Positions 7,176-16,068 of a stretch of DNA of 26,888 nucleotides are shown one piece after another. Both the position numbers and the translations under genes were made by a program. Below the pieces are notes generated by a model. The model was given only the letters and a program-made list of their open reading frames with translations. It made no database searches and was not told where the DNA came from. Numbering within the stretch: the first letter of the stretch is position 1; each line of letters opens with the position of its first letter. The stretch spans positions 1-26,888 of the IMG/VR virus record IMGVR_UViG_3300044213_000131. One strand, given 5' to 3'. This DNA comes from a virus (taxonomy: Duplodnaviria; Caudoviricetes).

Positions 7176-7641
7176 GCTCATCATGGTGCGCCGGCCAGGC
7201 GGATCCCTGGCCCCGGCGACTGATGAGGATGCCGAAGCGCTGCGCAAGATCAAGACCGGCGCTGCCGTACGCGTTGAGGTCAAGCAGATCAGGAATTACA
7301 AGTTCCTGCAGAAGTGGTTCACGCTGGCCAAGTTTGCGTTCGACATCTGGTCTGAGCGCATGCCGGCGATAGAGTACAAGGGCCAGCCTGTCCGACCCAG
7401 CTTTGATCGGTTTCGCAAGGATCTGATCATACTGACCGGCCACTACGACGCCACCTACAACGCGCGCGGCGAAGTGCGTCTCGAGGCAAAGTCAATCAGC
7501 TTTGCCAGCATGAGCGAAGACGAGTTCGAGAAGCTCTACTCGGAGACCATCAACGTGATCCTGCTGAAGATTCTGAACGGATCCGGCATGACCGAGGAGC
7601 AGCTGCGCAGCCACGTTGAAGAGGTTCTCCGGTACACATAA
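7168..7641 (+). CDS. DUF1367 family protein
   Basis: LAPATDEDAEAL...RNYKF...SFDRFRKDLII...KSISFASM; GTG start at 7168. Confidence 0.85.
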   Translation: MAELIMVRRPGGSLAPATDEDAEALRKIKTGAAVRVEVKQIRNYKFLQKWFTLAKFAFDIWSERMPAIEYKGQPVRPSFDRFRKDLIILTGHYDATYNARGEVRLEAKSISFASMSEDEFEKLYSETINVILLKILNGSGMTEEQLRSHVEEVLRYT

Positions 7642-7725
7642 TTGTTGCGCAGCAAAAAAGTACTTCCAGCGAGTGTTGTTTTTATGTTACAAACGCTCGG
7701 TCGCAAACATTTTGTTGGAAGTCAG

Positions 7726-8007
7726 ATGCTGAAAAAAGAATTCATTGAGCGCACGTCGTATGTCTCCGGGCAGACCCAGGGCATTGTTCGGTCGGTACTT
7801 GATGCCGCCACGGCCGTGACCAAGAAGGCCATCTCCAAGGGTGACTCCGTGATGCTGTTCGGTCTGGGCAAGATTCACGCTGTTCAGCGCGGAGAGAAAC
7901 AGGCGCGCAACATTCGCACTGGTGAGGCTGTGATTGTCCCACCACGCAAGGCGGTGTTGCTGCAACCCAGCGACTCCCTGATCGAGGCCGCCAACAGCAA
8001 GCAGTGA
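7726..8007 (+). CDS. HU/IHF family DNA-binding protein
   Basis: GDSVMLFGLGKI...ARNIRTGEAVIVPPRK signature. Confidence 0.9.
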   Translation: MLKKEFIERTSYVSGQTQGIVRSVLDAATAVTKKAISKGDSVMLFGLGKIHAVQRGEKQARNIRTGEAVIVPPRKAVLLQPSDSLIEAANSKQ

Positions 8008-8375
8008 TGGCGGTGCAGAAGTTCCCGGGCTCGGCCCGTCAGATCAGATCGAAGTACGGCGCCGTCAAGACCCAGGTCGATGGCCATACTTTTGCCAGCA
8101 AGCGTGAGGCCGCCAGATACTCGGAGCTCAAGCTCCTAGAGGGTGCCGGCCACATCTCAAGCCTCGAGCTCCAGCCTGCCTTCGAGATCATCCCGGCCAT
8201 TATCCTGGACGGAAAGAAGCAGCGCGCCATCAAGTACTTGGCCGACTTCAGGTATGTCGATCATCTTGGCCAGACAATCATCGAGGATGTCAAGGGTCAC
8301 AAGACCAAAGAGTATCAGCTCAAGCGACGCCTCATGAAACATGTCCATGGCATTGAGGTCAAGGAGGTTCGATGA
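8007..8375 (+). CDS. DUF1064 family putative nuclease
   Basis: SKYGAVKTQVDGHTFASKREA...YLADFRY...IIEDVKG. Confidence 0.88.
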   Translation: MAVQKFPGSARQIRSKYGAVKTQVDGHTFASKREAARYSELKLLEGAGHISSLELQPAFEIIPAIILDGKKQRAIKYLADFRYVDHLGQTIIEDVKGHKTKEYQLKRRLMKHVHGIEVKEVR

Positions 8376-8887
8376 AAGACGACACCAGGCCATCGGCACT
8401 CGAGCGACTGAGCTCTGCCGTCAACACGACGGACCTCACAGTTGATGCCGATCACCGCACCGATGCGGATTTCATCATCGCCCTGGGCATCGCCGGAAGC
8501 AGACACTCCCGTGTGGCATCTCCGATGATGCGGCTTCATGTCAATGGGACAAACACCAACCTGCGCGCTGCGTTCGAGTCGGTGTTGTCGCTGGTGAAGC
8601 GCCTCAATGCCAAGCGCAACTGGCGCCTGGCCGGCCGGTCGGTCGACACCGTCGCATTGCAGGCCCTGTCGCACCACGTCAACCCAACATGCCCGCGCTG
8701 CCATGGCCGCAAGTTTGAGCTGCAGGATGGCACTCCAGTCCTGTCGACAAAGGCGTGCCTCTCATGCTTCGGCTCTGGCCGGCGCACGGTGCAGAAGAAA
8801 TTCCGCGAAGAGATCAGTCATGTGATCTCAACCCTTGAGCAGATCGATTCAACAACGGAGCGCGCGGTTGCGCGGCTGGTACGGTGA
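8372..8887 (+). CDS. Putative Q-like antiterminator with zinc finger
   Basis: CPRCHG...CLSCFGSG; position at the end of a nin-like region. Confidence 0.6.
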   Translation: MKDDTRPSALERLSSAVNTTDLTVDADHRTDADFIIALGIAGSRHSRVASPMMRLHVNGTNTNLRAAFESVLSLVKRLNAKRNWRLAGRSVDTVALQALSHHVNPTCPRCHGRKFELQDGTPVLSTKACLSCFGSGRRTVQKKFREEISHVISTLEQIDSTTERAVARLVR

Positions 8888-9333
8888 CAACAGTTGCTTA
8901 CAAAGACGGTGTGATGGCCGCAGACAAGATGGCCTCCCGTGATGGATTGCGCGCCGGCAATGTCACCAAGGTCTTCAAGCGCAAGGGATACCTGATTGGA
9001 TTCTCTGGCCGCGTTGACGTTGCAGCGTTGCTGCTGAGATGGTTCGAGAATGGCGCGAAGGAAGATGAATTCCCTGGGCCAGGCAGTGATGATGAGCTCG
9101 ACTACTCCATGATCGTCGTCACACCCAAGGGTGTCGTCATGTTCTATGAGCGATTCCCGATTCCCATCATCATGGATGGTGAGTACTTCGCGATTGGATC
9201 CGGCCGGGACTTTGCCATCGCGGCCATGTACATGGGGTGTGATGCAGTGCGCGCCGTTGAGGTGGCATCTGCCCTGGACTGCTACAGCGGAAATGGCGTC
9301 GACTCGGTATGCTTGGGCGCAGCAGCAAACTGA
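8884..9333 (+). CDS. HslV/proteasome beta-like Ntn hydrolase
   Basis: N-terminal (M)TTVAY...AAD, conserved K, IGFSG and AIGSG motifs. Confidence 0.8.
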   Translation: MTTVAYKDGVMAADKMASRDGLRAGNVTKVFKRKGYLIGFSGRVDVAALLLRWFENGAKEDEFPGPGSDDELDYSMIVVTPKGVVMFYERFPIPIIMDGEYFAIGSGRDFAIAAMYMGCDAVRAVEVASALDCYSGNGVDSVCLGAAAN

Positions 9334-9818
9334 AAAGCTTTGGCTTCAAGCGCCAGGCCTATGAGCGCAAGCCGGTGGTGGCCAAGCCAATACCGGAGCA
9401 CCTACGCCGCACCGTCAGCATGGGACCGGCGCAGCTCTCTGCTATACCCAAGACAGCCAGGGAAGAGAATCCGCACTTCAGGTCCATGGCGCGCGACAAG
9501 GACTGCCAGCTACTCATCCCTGGGGTATGCTCATTTGATCGCTCCACGGTCGTCCTGGCGCACAGCAACTGGCATGACAAGGGTGCGGGCAGGAAGGCTT
9601 CGGATTACTGGGGAGTCTGGGCCTGCTATGCATGCCATACCTGGCTCGACCAGGGCAAGGCATTAGAGGCTCAGAAAAAGGCGGCGTTCTCGGCTGGCTT
9701 GAAGCGCATGCAGGTTGAGCTACAGAAGATCGCGGACGACCCCCTGCAGAAGCCACGAGACCGCGAGTCAGCTCGGTGGGCCCTTGATCGGAGCATCGGG
9801 CTGGTAACCACGAACTAG
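9309..9818 (+). CDS. DUF1364 (YbcO-like) nuclease-fold protein
   Basis: ARDKDCQLLIPGVC...TVVLAHSN...KGAGRKASD...ACYACHTWLD. Confidence 0.8.
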   Translation: MLGRSSKLKSFGFKRQAYERKPVVAKPIPEHLRRTVSMGPAQLSAIPKTAREENPHFRSMARDKDCQLLIPGVCSFDRSTVVLAHSNWHDKGAGRKASDYWGVWACYACHTWLDQGKALEAQKKAAFSAGLKRMQVELQKIADDPLQKPRDRESARWALDRSIGLVTTN

Positions 9819-10067
9819 CCTTGAAATAATCGCAGTCGGCTCAACACTGGTGTGCGCGTACACCACGATTTGGCCATCGTCAATGTGTCGCCTGATGTAG
9901 GTGTGATCCTTGATCTCGGTTTCAACCTGAAAATTTTCCATGTCTCGGTAAAAGAACAGGGGATTAAGAGGCGGGAATTCTCTGATCCGCACGAACAGCA
10001 GGTCGCCGTCACGAACTGCCCTCCACCTTCCATCCCATGGGCCGCCAATGAAAAGGTAGCTAGTCAT
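9768..10067 (-). CDS. Hypothetical protein, 99 aa
   Basis: LFIGGPWDG motif; last gene of the leftward operon. Confidence 0.75.
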   Translation of the reverse strand: MTSYLFIGGPWDGRWRAVRDGDLLFVRIREFPPLNPLFFYRDMENFQVETEIKDHTYIRRHIDDGQIVVYAHTSVEPTAIISRLVRGYQPDAPIKGPPS

Positions 10068-10257
10068 TGAACTTCGGCAGGCCGCACCAGTGCGTCCATC
10101 CTCCGTCCTTTGTGTAGATTCCGATCACGGCAACGCCGTACCTCTTATCGATCAGCAGCAGCTTTGCTCCCAGCGGTGGCGTCCGCTTCTTGACTGGAAC
10201 CCAGTGGTGCTCTGTCTCGATGACGGCGGTCTTATCGTTGTTCAGTTTGGTGGTCAT
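10060..10257 (-). CDS. Hypothetical protein (DUF551-like, W..V...PP...THW..LP)
   Basis: Start reassigned to ATG 10257, coupled to the upstream stop. Confidence 0.7.
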   Translation of the reverse strand: MTTKLNNDKTAVIETEHHWVPVKKRTPPLGAKLLLIDKRYGVAVIGIYTKDGGWTHWCGLPKFND

Positions 10258-10361
10258 AGAACTGGAAATGCGAGGATCCTGTAGCGGCGATTGTTGATCT
10301 TCAAGTATAGACCTGGACGGGAAAAGAACTGTGATGACTGCCAATAGATTTTGAAATTCAT
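10254..10361 (-). CDS. Small hypothetical protein, 35 aa (MNFKIYWQSSQFF...)
   Basis: AAAGGA RBS; ATGA overlaps at both ends. Confidence 0.6.
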   Translation of the reverse strand: MNFKIYWQSSQFFSRPGLYLKINNRRYRILAFPVL

Positions 10362-10981
10362 GTTGTTTCCTTTGCGCCTCTCCAGGCGTTGAATGCGTCG
10401 ATGTCTGCCATGGGAACATGCACTACCGTCTCGCCGTAGACCCACGTCGACAAATACTTCGCCCCGGGGAATGTGAAGCGAACACTGCACTTGTGTCCAT
10501 GACCCTCTTCGCTCGCCTCGAGCAGCTCGCCATAGACATGGGACATCTTTGCCTCTGCTCCCGGGAACTTGGCCTCGAACAGCTCGAGCAATGCAGCCCT
10601 GGCCTCCTGGTTTGCGCGCGTCTTTGCTTGCTCTGTTGCGCAGCATGCAGCGCTGCAGTAGACGTTGTGCTTTTCATCCTCCACGGGCGTGCGCTCATCT
10701 TCATCGAGGCCATCATCGTCAAGATATGAGTCATCGCTGATGCGACGGCCGCAGCCGCGGCAATCAAACCACCAGCCATGCGCAATTAGCGTGAGTGGCG
10801 GGACTGTCCCGGGAGCGTACTCATCGAACTGCGGAGCGCGCCGGCAGCTCTCGACATCCTCCCATTCAATCTCGAGCTCGCACGCACCCTCGCGCCTGGC
10901 TGTGGCATTGTTGGTGGCGAACCGTATGACGCGGTGCCCTTCATAGTTATCGCGCACCTCATAGGCTTTTAGCCTGCTCAT
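10358..10981 (-). CDS. Conserved phage protein with Cys motifs
   Basis: GAGGAGG RBS; GWWFDCRGCG and YCSAAC. Confidence 0.8.
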   Translation of the reverse strand: MSRLKAYEVRDNYEGHRVIRFATNNATARREGACELEIEWEDVESCRRAPQFDEYAPGTVPPLTLIAHGWWFDCRGCGRRISDDSYLDDDGLDEDERTPVEDEKHNVYCSAACCATEQAKTRANQEARAALLELFEAKFPGAEAKMSHVYGELLEASEEGHGHKCSVRFTFPGAKYLSTWVYGETVVHVPMADIDAFNAWRGAKETT

Positions 10982-11670
10982 GCTGCCTCCTCGGCTTGGC
11001 TGTCCTTGGCATCGTCGTACTTCTGAATGCCCCAGGCTATCGCATACAGGCACCAGATGAAATGGAATGTGTACGAATCCAAAGTGTGCTCCCAGAAATC
11101 CCGGAACTCAAAGTCAGGTACTGAATCGCTGCTGAAACTGACGGCGGCATCTACGGCGCGGAGCTCCCCGTCATCTGACATCGATGTGACGTCAGAAACA
11201 ATCTCCTCCCAGAGTGCCTCAGCCAGCTCCTTGAAATCATTCTTCTCGGACTCTTCGGCGTCGTCATCGGGCCTGTTGCTCTCGAACCAGTTGTCATAGT
11301 CACTCTTGACGCACTCGCAAAACTTTTCCTTGTCGAACTCCTTTGGACCTTTGCCATAGGTCGAGATCGACTTCAGCTTCTCTGCCCAGTACCCTGGGTT
11401 GATGATGACCTTCTTGCCCTTCATGTCAGCGTACTTCCGGTCGGTCCTGAAGAACTCGAACATGTCTTCGATGCGGCTGAACACATAGGTGCCCATGTCG
11501 CCGTCGATGCACAGATTTCCATTCCAGGTGATCAGGTCAAACCAGTAGGAGTTGAAGCCCGACTTCTTCAATCGAATGTGTCGATTCACACCTTCATCAC
11601 GGAGAACAATCAGCTCATGGTTGGCCACGTCTTTGAGGAACTTCTCCTCGGAGCATGCGTATTCGGTCAT
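10978..11670 (-). CDS. Conserved phage hypothetical protein, 230 aa
   Basis: Long ORF; GAGGAG RBS; coupled to neighbours. Confidence 0.85.
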   Translation of the reverse strand: MTEYACSEEKFLKDVANHELIVLRDEGVNRHIRLKKSGFNSYWFDLITWNGNLCIDGDMGTYVFSRIEDMFEFFRTDRKYADMKGKKVIINPGYWAEKLKSISTYGKGPKEFDKEKFCECVKSDYDNWFESNRPDDDAEESEKNDFKELAEALWEEIVSDVTSMSDDGELRAVDAAVSFSSDSVPDFEFRDFWEHTLDSYTFHFIWCLYAIAWGIQKYDDAKDSQAEEAA

Positions 11671-11909
11671 GTCGCTGGCTCCTCATCTGGCTTGCACCAC
11701 TCTTTGTTTTGCTCTGCAAATTCAAAGTCTGGATTGCTGTGTGCTGCAGCGGGATCGGATGACAGGCATCCCCAGATGCGGTCTGTCAGGTCGAAGTATG
11801 AGTAACCCCAGTTGCCAGTCGGTTCGTTCGACTCGGGATCAATGACGCGCGTGCGATAGACACCTGCCTTGGTTGGCAGCTTGTCGGGTGGCGAGATGTT
11901 TGTAGTCAT
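11667..11909 (-). CDS. Hypothetical protein
   Basis: ATG 11909 with GAGGA RBS; P...GVY motif. Confidence 0.7.
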   Translation of the reverse strand: MTTNISPPDKLPTKAGVYRTRVIDPESNEPTGNWGYSYFDLTDRIWGCLSSDPAAAHSNPDFEFAEQNKEWCKPDEEPAT

Positions 11910-12097
11910 TTGGTTTGGTCCTCTGTGTGTTGTGTCCATGCCTGGTCAATCGCCTGACGTATCCAGGCGCTGATTCCGTTTTTTGCCATTGCTTTTAGGC
12001 GACTTAGATGCTGGCTTGTCAGCATGACGTTTGCTCGCTCGGTTATGTTGCTTGCCCCGTCTGTTGCTTTTCTCCCTCGCTGCTTTTGCTGCTTCAT
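11906..12097 (-). CDS. Small basic protein, possible ribbon-helix-helix regulator
   Basis: RGRK...RANVMLT...ISAWIRQAID; AAGGA RBS. Confidence 0.65.
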   Translation of the reverse strand: MKQQKQRGRKATDGASNITERANVMLTSQHLSRLKAMAKNGISAWIRQAIDQAWTQHTEDQTK

Positions 12098-12371
12098 GTT
12101 TTTCCTTGACGTTCAGATGGCTGTTGATGTTGTGCTTGGTGTAGATCTCTTCCAGGAATTCCGGATTCACCCCGATTGCTCGGCAATAGAACTTGAACTC
12201 ATTGCACTCTGCTCGGAAGAACCATGAGGATCCATCAAGCCATGCCTGGCTGAAGATCGAGGCAACCAGCATGCCCTCTGGGATTGCTGATGTGCCTTCA
12301 TTCATCCACCGAAGCAGGACGGTTTTGAACTGTTCATGCGTGACGATGTGTGGCTTTTTTGTCTCGGTCAT
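11946..12371 (-). CDS. Hypothetical protein, 141 aa
   Basis: Start coupled to the upstream stop; C-terminal tail overlaps the next gene. Confidence 0.65.
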   Translation of the reverse strand: MTETKKPHIVTHEQFKTVLLRWMNEGTSAIPEGMLVASIFSQAWLDGSSWFFRAECNEFKFYCRAIGVNPEFLEEIYTKHNINSHLNVKEKHEAAKAAREKSNRRGKQHNRASKRHADKPASKSPKSNGKKRNQRLDTSGD

Positions 12372-12580
12372 GACTGGGCCCTGTACATTGGATGAGCTGG
12401 GGTGATCTCGCAGACCATGCTGTAGTTGCCCATGGCTAGAGGCTTCTTCGGCTCTGTACGGATGGTGACTGTCAGGCAGTACTTCTCGGCCAATCTGATG
12501 AGCTCGGTGGCCTTGGCCTGGATGGCGAAGATCACCTCTTCGACGTCCTCTTCTGTTTCGATCTGGTCAAACGGTTTCAT
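12368..12580 (-). CDS. Hypothetical protein, 70 aa
   Basis: AAGGAGG RBS; coupled. Confidence 0.8.
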   Translation of the reverse strand: MKPFDQIETEEDVEEVIFAIQAKATELIRLAEKYCLTVTIRTEPKKPLAMGNYSMVCEITPAHPMYRAQS

Positions 12581-12960
12581 GCTGCCTCCTTGAGTAAGTC
12601 AAAAAATGCGGGCCGCTTGAAGTGGTTGATCTTGAACCCGCTGGAAAGGTCAGCCGCTGGGCCAACCAGGCGGCCGACGCCGTCGTTAAACAGGACCGCC
12701 ACGTATTCCTGGTTGAATGCGCGTGCGATCTGGTTCATTGAATCCAGAACGATGTTCTTCTGGGTGTGGAATTCAAACGTGATGATGGCCGTGAACTGCA
12801 CGAGTCGATCATCTCGGTCGTCTGCATTCGTGCATCGGACCTCACCGAGGGACTTCGGGTAAAGCTTGCGCACGGCCGAGATGACAATGGCGTATCTGTC
12901 GTCGACGCCGCCTGCGTTGATCAGCTCTTTGCTCAGGTTGATGTTGATAATTGCTTGCAT
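12577..12960 (-). CDS. Hypothetical protein, possible SAM lyase-like fold
   Basis: GGAG RBS; IARAFNQEYVAV...GRLVGP motif. Confidence 0.7.
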   Translation of the reverse strand: MQAIININLSKELINAGGVDDRYAIVISAVRKLYPKSLGEVRCTNADDRDDRLVQFTAIITFEFHTQKNIVLDSMNQIARAFNQEYVAVLFNDGVGRLVGPAADLSSGFKINHFKRPAFFDLLKEAA

Positions 12961-13002
12961 GAGTACTCCAGTTTGTTGCTTGGTGAAACGGTTTGTTGCT
13001 CT

Positions 13003-13458
13003 TCAGGGGAAAATTTTTTGACCGGGGAAATAGACCTGGCCAAATGACCCGTCCAGGCGGCTGGCCAGATCATTGACCTTTTTCAAGGCCTGGATGTTGG
13101 CGTCGTCACCACTGAAGGTTTCGTAGCCAATGAACTGGGATCCGCAGAACTCGGCCACCACGGTCTTGCCTTTGTCCAGCTGGTGTTGGACGCCAATCTC
13201 GAAAGACCTGGTGGCTCGGATGTAGGCATTCAGGAGGATGTTTATTTTTTCATCCTTGTCGCCTGAGCCATCGATCTTTGCAGCCACGTTGAGCGCAGCC
13301 TGGTAGCTGTCACAAACGACGACCGAGCTATCCGGCATCATTACCTCGTAGGTGCGGTCCCAGGCGCCGTGGCCATTGGCCTTCTCGCGGATCTGGATCA
13401 CACAGTGGACCGAGTTCACGCTGTTGGTGCGCTCGTCATTGTTGGTGCTTTGGTGCAT
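13003..13458 (-). CDS. Hypothetical protein
   Basis: ATG 13458 with AAGGAG RBS, downstream of a promoter. Confidence 0.75.
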   Translation of the reverse strand: MHQSTNNDERTNSVNSVHCVIQIREKANGHGAWDRTYEVMMPDSSVVVCDSYQAALNVAAKIDGSGDKDEKINILLNAYIRATRSFEIGVQHQLDKGKTVVAEFCGSQFIGYETFSGDDANIQALKKVNDLASRLDGSFGQVYFPGQKIFP

Positions 13459-13472
13459 TTCTCTTCTCCTTA

Positions 13473-13539
13473 AAACATTTTGTTGGGGTGTGTGGATTAT
13501 TGCGCAAGAATTCTGTATCACCAAATCATGCGCAATAAT
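13473..13539 (-). promoter_or_regulatory. Leftward promoter with inverted repeat and operator
   Basis: TTGGTG-N17-AATAAT; ATTATTGCGCA (13496-13506) and TGCGCAATAAT (13529-13539); AAACA-TTT-TGTTG at 13473-13485. Confidence 0.6.
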
Positions 13540-13558
13540 TCCCCTTCAGTTCAGTCGA

Positions 13559-14116
13559 CTATTTCATCAGCTGCAGGTATGGGCTGCTGAAATCGGCCCA
13601 TGTCTTGTTGGCTCGGATCTGTGCGATGGTTTGCTGGGCAACGCCAAGCCTCCTGGCCATGGCCCTTCCGCTCTCTGGAGATGATCTGATCTCCCTGACG
13701 AGCTCAATACTCAGGGGTGAGCGGGCCCTGGCCAGGTCGGAAAGCTTTTTGCTTCGTGCCAGTTGTTTGCCGTATCCGGTTTTCTCGGCCGTCTGCTTCA
13801 TTGACATGGAGCGAGTCATGATGGAGATGTGCTTTGGGTTTACGCATCGGCGGTCTCCGCAGCTGGGGTGAACAACTGCCAGGCGTCTTTCCTTGTTCAG
13901 GTTTTCTATGCCCATCTTCAGTGCGATCATGTAGCGCACCGATCTGTTTGGCACTCCCTGGCCGACGTACATCACTGGGTTTCCATCCGAATGCATGGCG
14001 CCTTGCCAGATCCAGCACTCACCCTCCTCGATTGACCGGCTATGTATCAGCTCGGTCAGGCCTTTGATCCTGATCCCCTTCAGATTTGGCGCGTATTTGT
14101 AGAACCTGATGGCCAT
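13559..14116 (-). CDS. HNH homing endonuclease-like protein with C-terminal HTH
   Basis: ECWIWQG...HPSCGDRRCVNPKHI; GRAMARRLGVAQQTIAQIR. Confidence 0.85.
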   Translation of the reverse strand: MAIRFYKYAPNLKGIRIKGLTELIHSRSIEEGECWIWQGAMHSDGNPVMYVGQGVPNRSVRYMIALKMGIENLNKERRLAVVHPSCGDRRCVNPKHISIMTRSMSMKQTAEKTGYGKQLARSKKLSDLARARSPLSIELVREIRSSPESGRAMARRLGVAQQTIAQIRANKTWADFSSPYLQLMK

Positions 14117-14841
14117 TATTTTTCTCCAATTCCAAGAGCTGCTTCCAATGCGACTCGTGCATCATCAATGAAATCATTGCCATGTAGATTCCACATATCA
14201 CCACAATCAACATTGCACGCAGCGGCTTGTCTGTCACTCAACATCCGTCCAGCAGCCACTACCATCTCATCCGTCAACGGCTGGCGTTGTGGCGCCTCCT
14301 CTGTAGTCCAATGGCACTGTGGGCAGACTTGAGACACATGGCGCTTGCGTTGTGGTGTGGGTGTGTTCTGAGGTGGGTAAATTCGCACGGCGCTGAAGCC
14401 GTAACTCCACTCGGCAATCCGACCTGCATTCAAGTCATCCAAGGCGCGTGTCGTATTGGTTGGCCCAGAATAAACAGAGCGTTGCGCGTGGGTGATTGCA
14501 TCGTGTATGTTGTCCCAATACGTCGTTCCGTGACCCTCAACGTGTACGGAGTATCGAGTTTCGCTTGGCATCATCTGGACCTTAGGCTCTTGAGTTACTC
14601 CAATTTTTCGAGTAACTCGTTGCCGCTCATGGGTGGCCTCAACAATCCTGACAATTGCAACGATGTCCATTACTCGCACGTTGAGAAGCCTGGCATTTTG
14701 GCTTTCTGTCAGGCCATTCTTTAGCGCCACGAGTATCTCGCCTTCAGTCATCGGTTTCATCTTTTGACTGTCCGGTGTGGCCTTGAAGCCCTCAAGATTC
14801 AGTCGCCGTTCCAGGTCTTTGAATTCGTCATCTTCATTCAT
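14116..14841 (-). CDS. Mosaic hypothetical phage protein
   Basis: ATG 14841 with GGAG RBS; internal CPQC. Confidence 0.75.
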   Translation of the reverse strand: MNEDDEFKDLERRLNLEGFKATPDSQKMKPMTEGEILVALKNGLTESQNARLLNVRVMDIVAIVRIVEATHERQRVTRKIGVTQEPKVQMMPSETRYSVHVEGHGTTYWDNIHDAITHAQRSVYSGPTNTTRALDDLNAGRIAEWSYGFSAVRIYPPQNTPTPQRKRHVSQVCPQCHWTTEEAPQRQPLTDEMVVAAGRMLSDRQAAACNVDCGDMWNLHGNDFIDDARVALEAALGIGEK

Positions 14842-14948
14842 GCTGCACTCCACCAAAAAATGTCCATTGAAACCACAGCCACTGCGGCCACATACACAAA
14901 GGCCAGGATTATTGCGGCCAGTTCGATTGGTTGCTTTTGCTGACTCAT
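14838..14948 (-). CDS. Small membrane protein, 36 aa (MSQQKQPIELAAIILAFVYVAAVAVVSMDIFWWSAA)
   Basis: GAGG RBS; ATGA overlaps at both ends; one TM segment. Confidence 0.7.
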   Translation of the reverse strand: MSQQKQPIELAAIILAFVYVAAVAVVSMDIFWWSAA

Positions 14949-15232
14949 GCTGTCACCTCGCTGGGCCTTCCGAGCAGCTGCACCATCTCGTCGACAGCGT
15001 CATCTCCCGGGTCGCGGATGGGCCGCAGGTATTGATCTGGGCAGACTGGGAGATCTGCCTTCATTTGGCTGTTTCTCCATGTAATCGGCCTGTCAATAAC
15101 CCAGACGATTCCGTATTCTGGCGATGTGTTGAAGGCGGCTGGTGGTACGGCATATCGGCATGTAACAATCACTCCATCTGCATCGCTGCTGGTGTTGAAC
15201 ACCATGGCCATGTCCCCTGGTTTGCAGTTCAT
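14945..15232 (-). CDS. Conserved phage hypothetical protein (MNCKPGD type)
   Basis: Paralog of 3988-4311; PD..LRP motif. Confidence 0.85.
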   Translation of the reverse strand: MNCKPGDMAMVFNTSSDADGVIVTCRYAVPPAAFNTSPEYGIVWVIDRPITWRNSQMKADLPVCPDQYLRPIRDPGDDAVDEMVQLLGRPSEVTA

Positions 15233-15522
15233 GCTGCACCCCCTTGCTTGGCCAGGTTGACCAGCTTGAAGCGCAGGCCCTCGAGCTGGCTTTGCTTGGC
15301 CAGTATCAGGTCATCAAAGACCTTGATCGCCTCCCGCTTGATGCCGACAAAAATGGCTGGTGTTGTCCCGTCTTCCCGGGTGATGTATGCGTGATGGCCA
15401 ATGTGGAAGGTTTCCGACTTCGGCTCAACCCATTCTCGGCGACGCCTTTTCAGGCTTTCGATTTCCTGCGCCGTCAGTCCGACTTGCTTGGCGACCTCTA
15501 CCATCTCCTTGTAATAGCTCAT
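15229..15522 (-). CDS. Hypothetical protein
   Basis: ATG 15522 with AGGAGG RBS. Confidence 0.8.
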   Translation of the reverse strand: MSYYKEMVEVAKQVGLTAQEIESLKRRRREWVEPKSETFHIGHHAYITREDGTTPAIFVGIKREAIKVFDDLILAKQSQLEGLRFKLVNLAKQGGAA

Positions 15523-15552
15523 ACTTCCTCCTGTGTGATTGATGACAAACCC

Positions 15553-15581
15553 ATTGTTGCGCAATAAACAAAATGTTGCAA
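15553..15581 (-). promoter_or_regulatory. Leftward promoter with operator
   Basis: TTGCAA-N17-AACAAT; AAACA-AAA-TGTTG at 15566-15578. Confidence 0.65.
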
Positions 15582-15617
15582 AATCAGCAAAAAAAGACCA
15601 AGTTATTTGGTTGGTTA

Positions 15618-16067
15618 TTACTTGCAGACATTCCAGTCGGTATCTCTGTTTCTTCCCAACAATTTGGTTCTTTCAAACCCCATCCTTAGTCGACGGTTGC
15701 GCAGATTGCCAGACTCATTGTTGAGCTCTTTATCGGGGATTGCTGTTTTCAATGTCGTGTAGCTGGATGTCTGTAATTTGCGAAGCAGCAGCACATCCTT
15801 TTCGGGATCTTGATTTAGAAGCCTCTCGTTGATTTTCGGTAAGCGCGATGCAGTAAAGTGCCGCACACCAACCTTGCTGTACTGATGTGTTCTCAGCAAT
15901 CCGGCTTTGTCTGGCCAAATTCCGAAAATGCTTTTGAATGCATTGTTCACATCAGTCAGGTTTTGAAATTGTCGCCATCCTCGAATCAGCAAAGCGTCGT
16001 AATACCTTTGCTGTTCGGCTTTGACGGGATCCACTGGATCATTGTTGGTTGGTGTTTGCTTGGTCAT
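15618..16067 (-). CDS. Hypothetical basic protein, relatively AT-rich
   Basis: ATG 16067 with AAGGAG RBS. Confidence 0.75.
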   Translation of the reverse strand: MTKQTPTNNDPVDPVKAEQQRYYDALLIRGWRQFQNLTDVNNAFKSIFGIWPDKAGLLRTHQYSKVGVRHFTASRLPKINERLLNQDPEKDVLLLRKLQTSSYTTLKTAIPDKELNNESGNLRNRRLRMGFERTKLLGRNRDTDWNVCK

Positions 16068-16068
16068 A

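Noticed and set aside
14040-14237. 65-aa ORF with a hydrophobic segment
   Set aside because: Lies wholly within two better-supported genes in other frames
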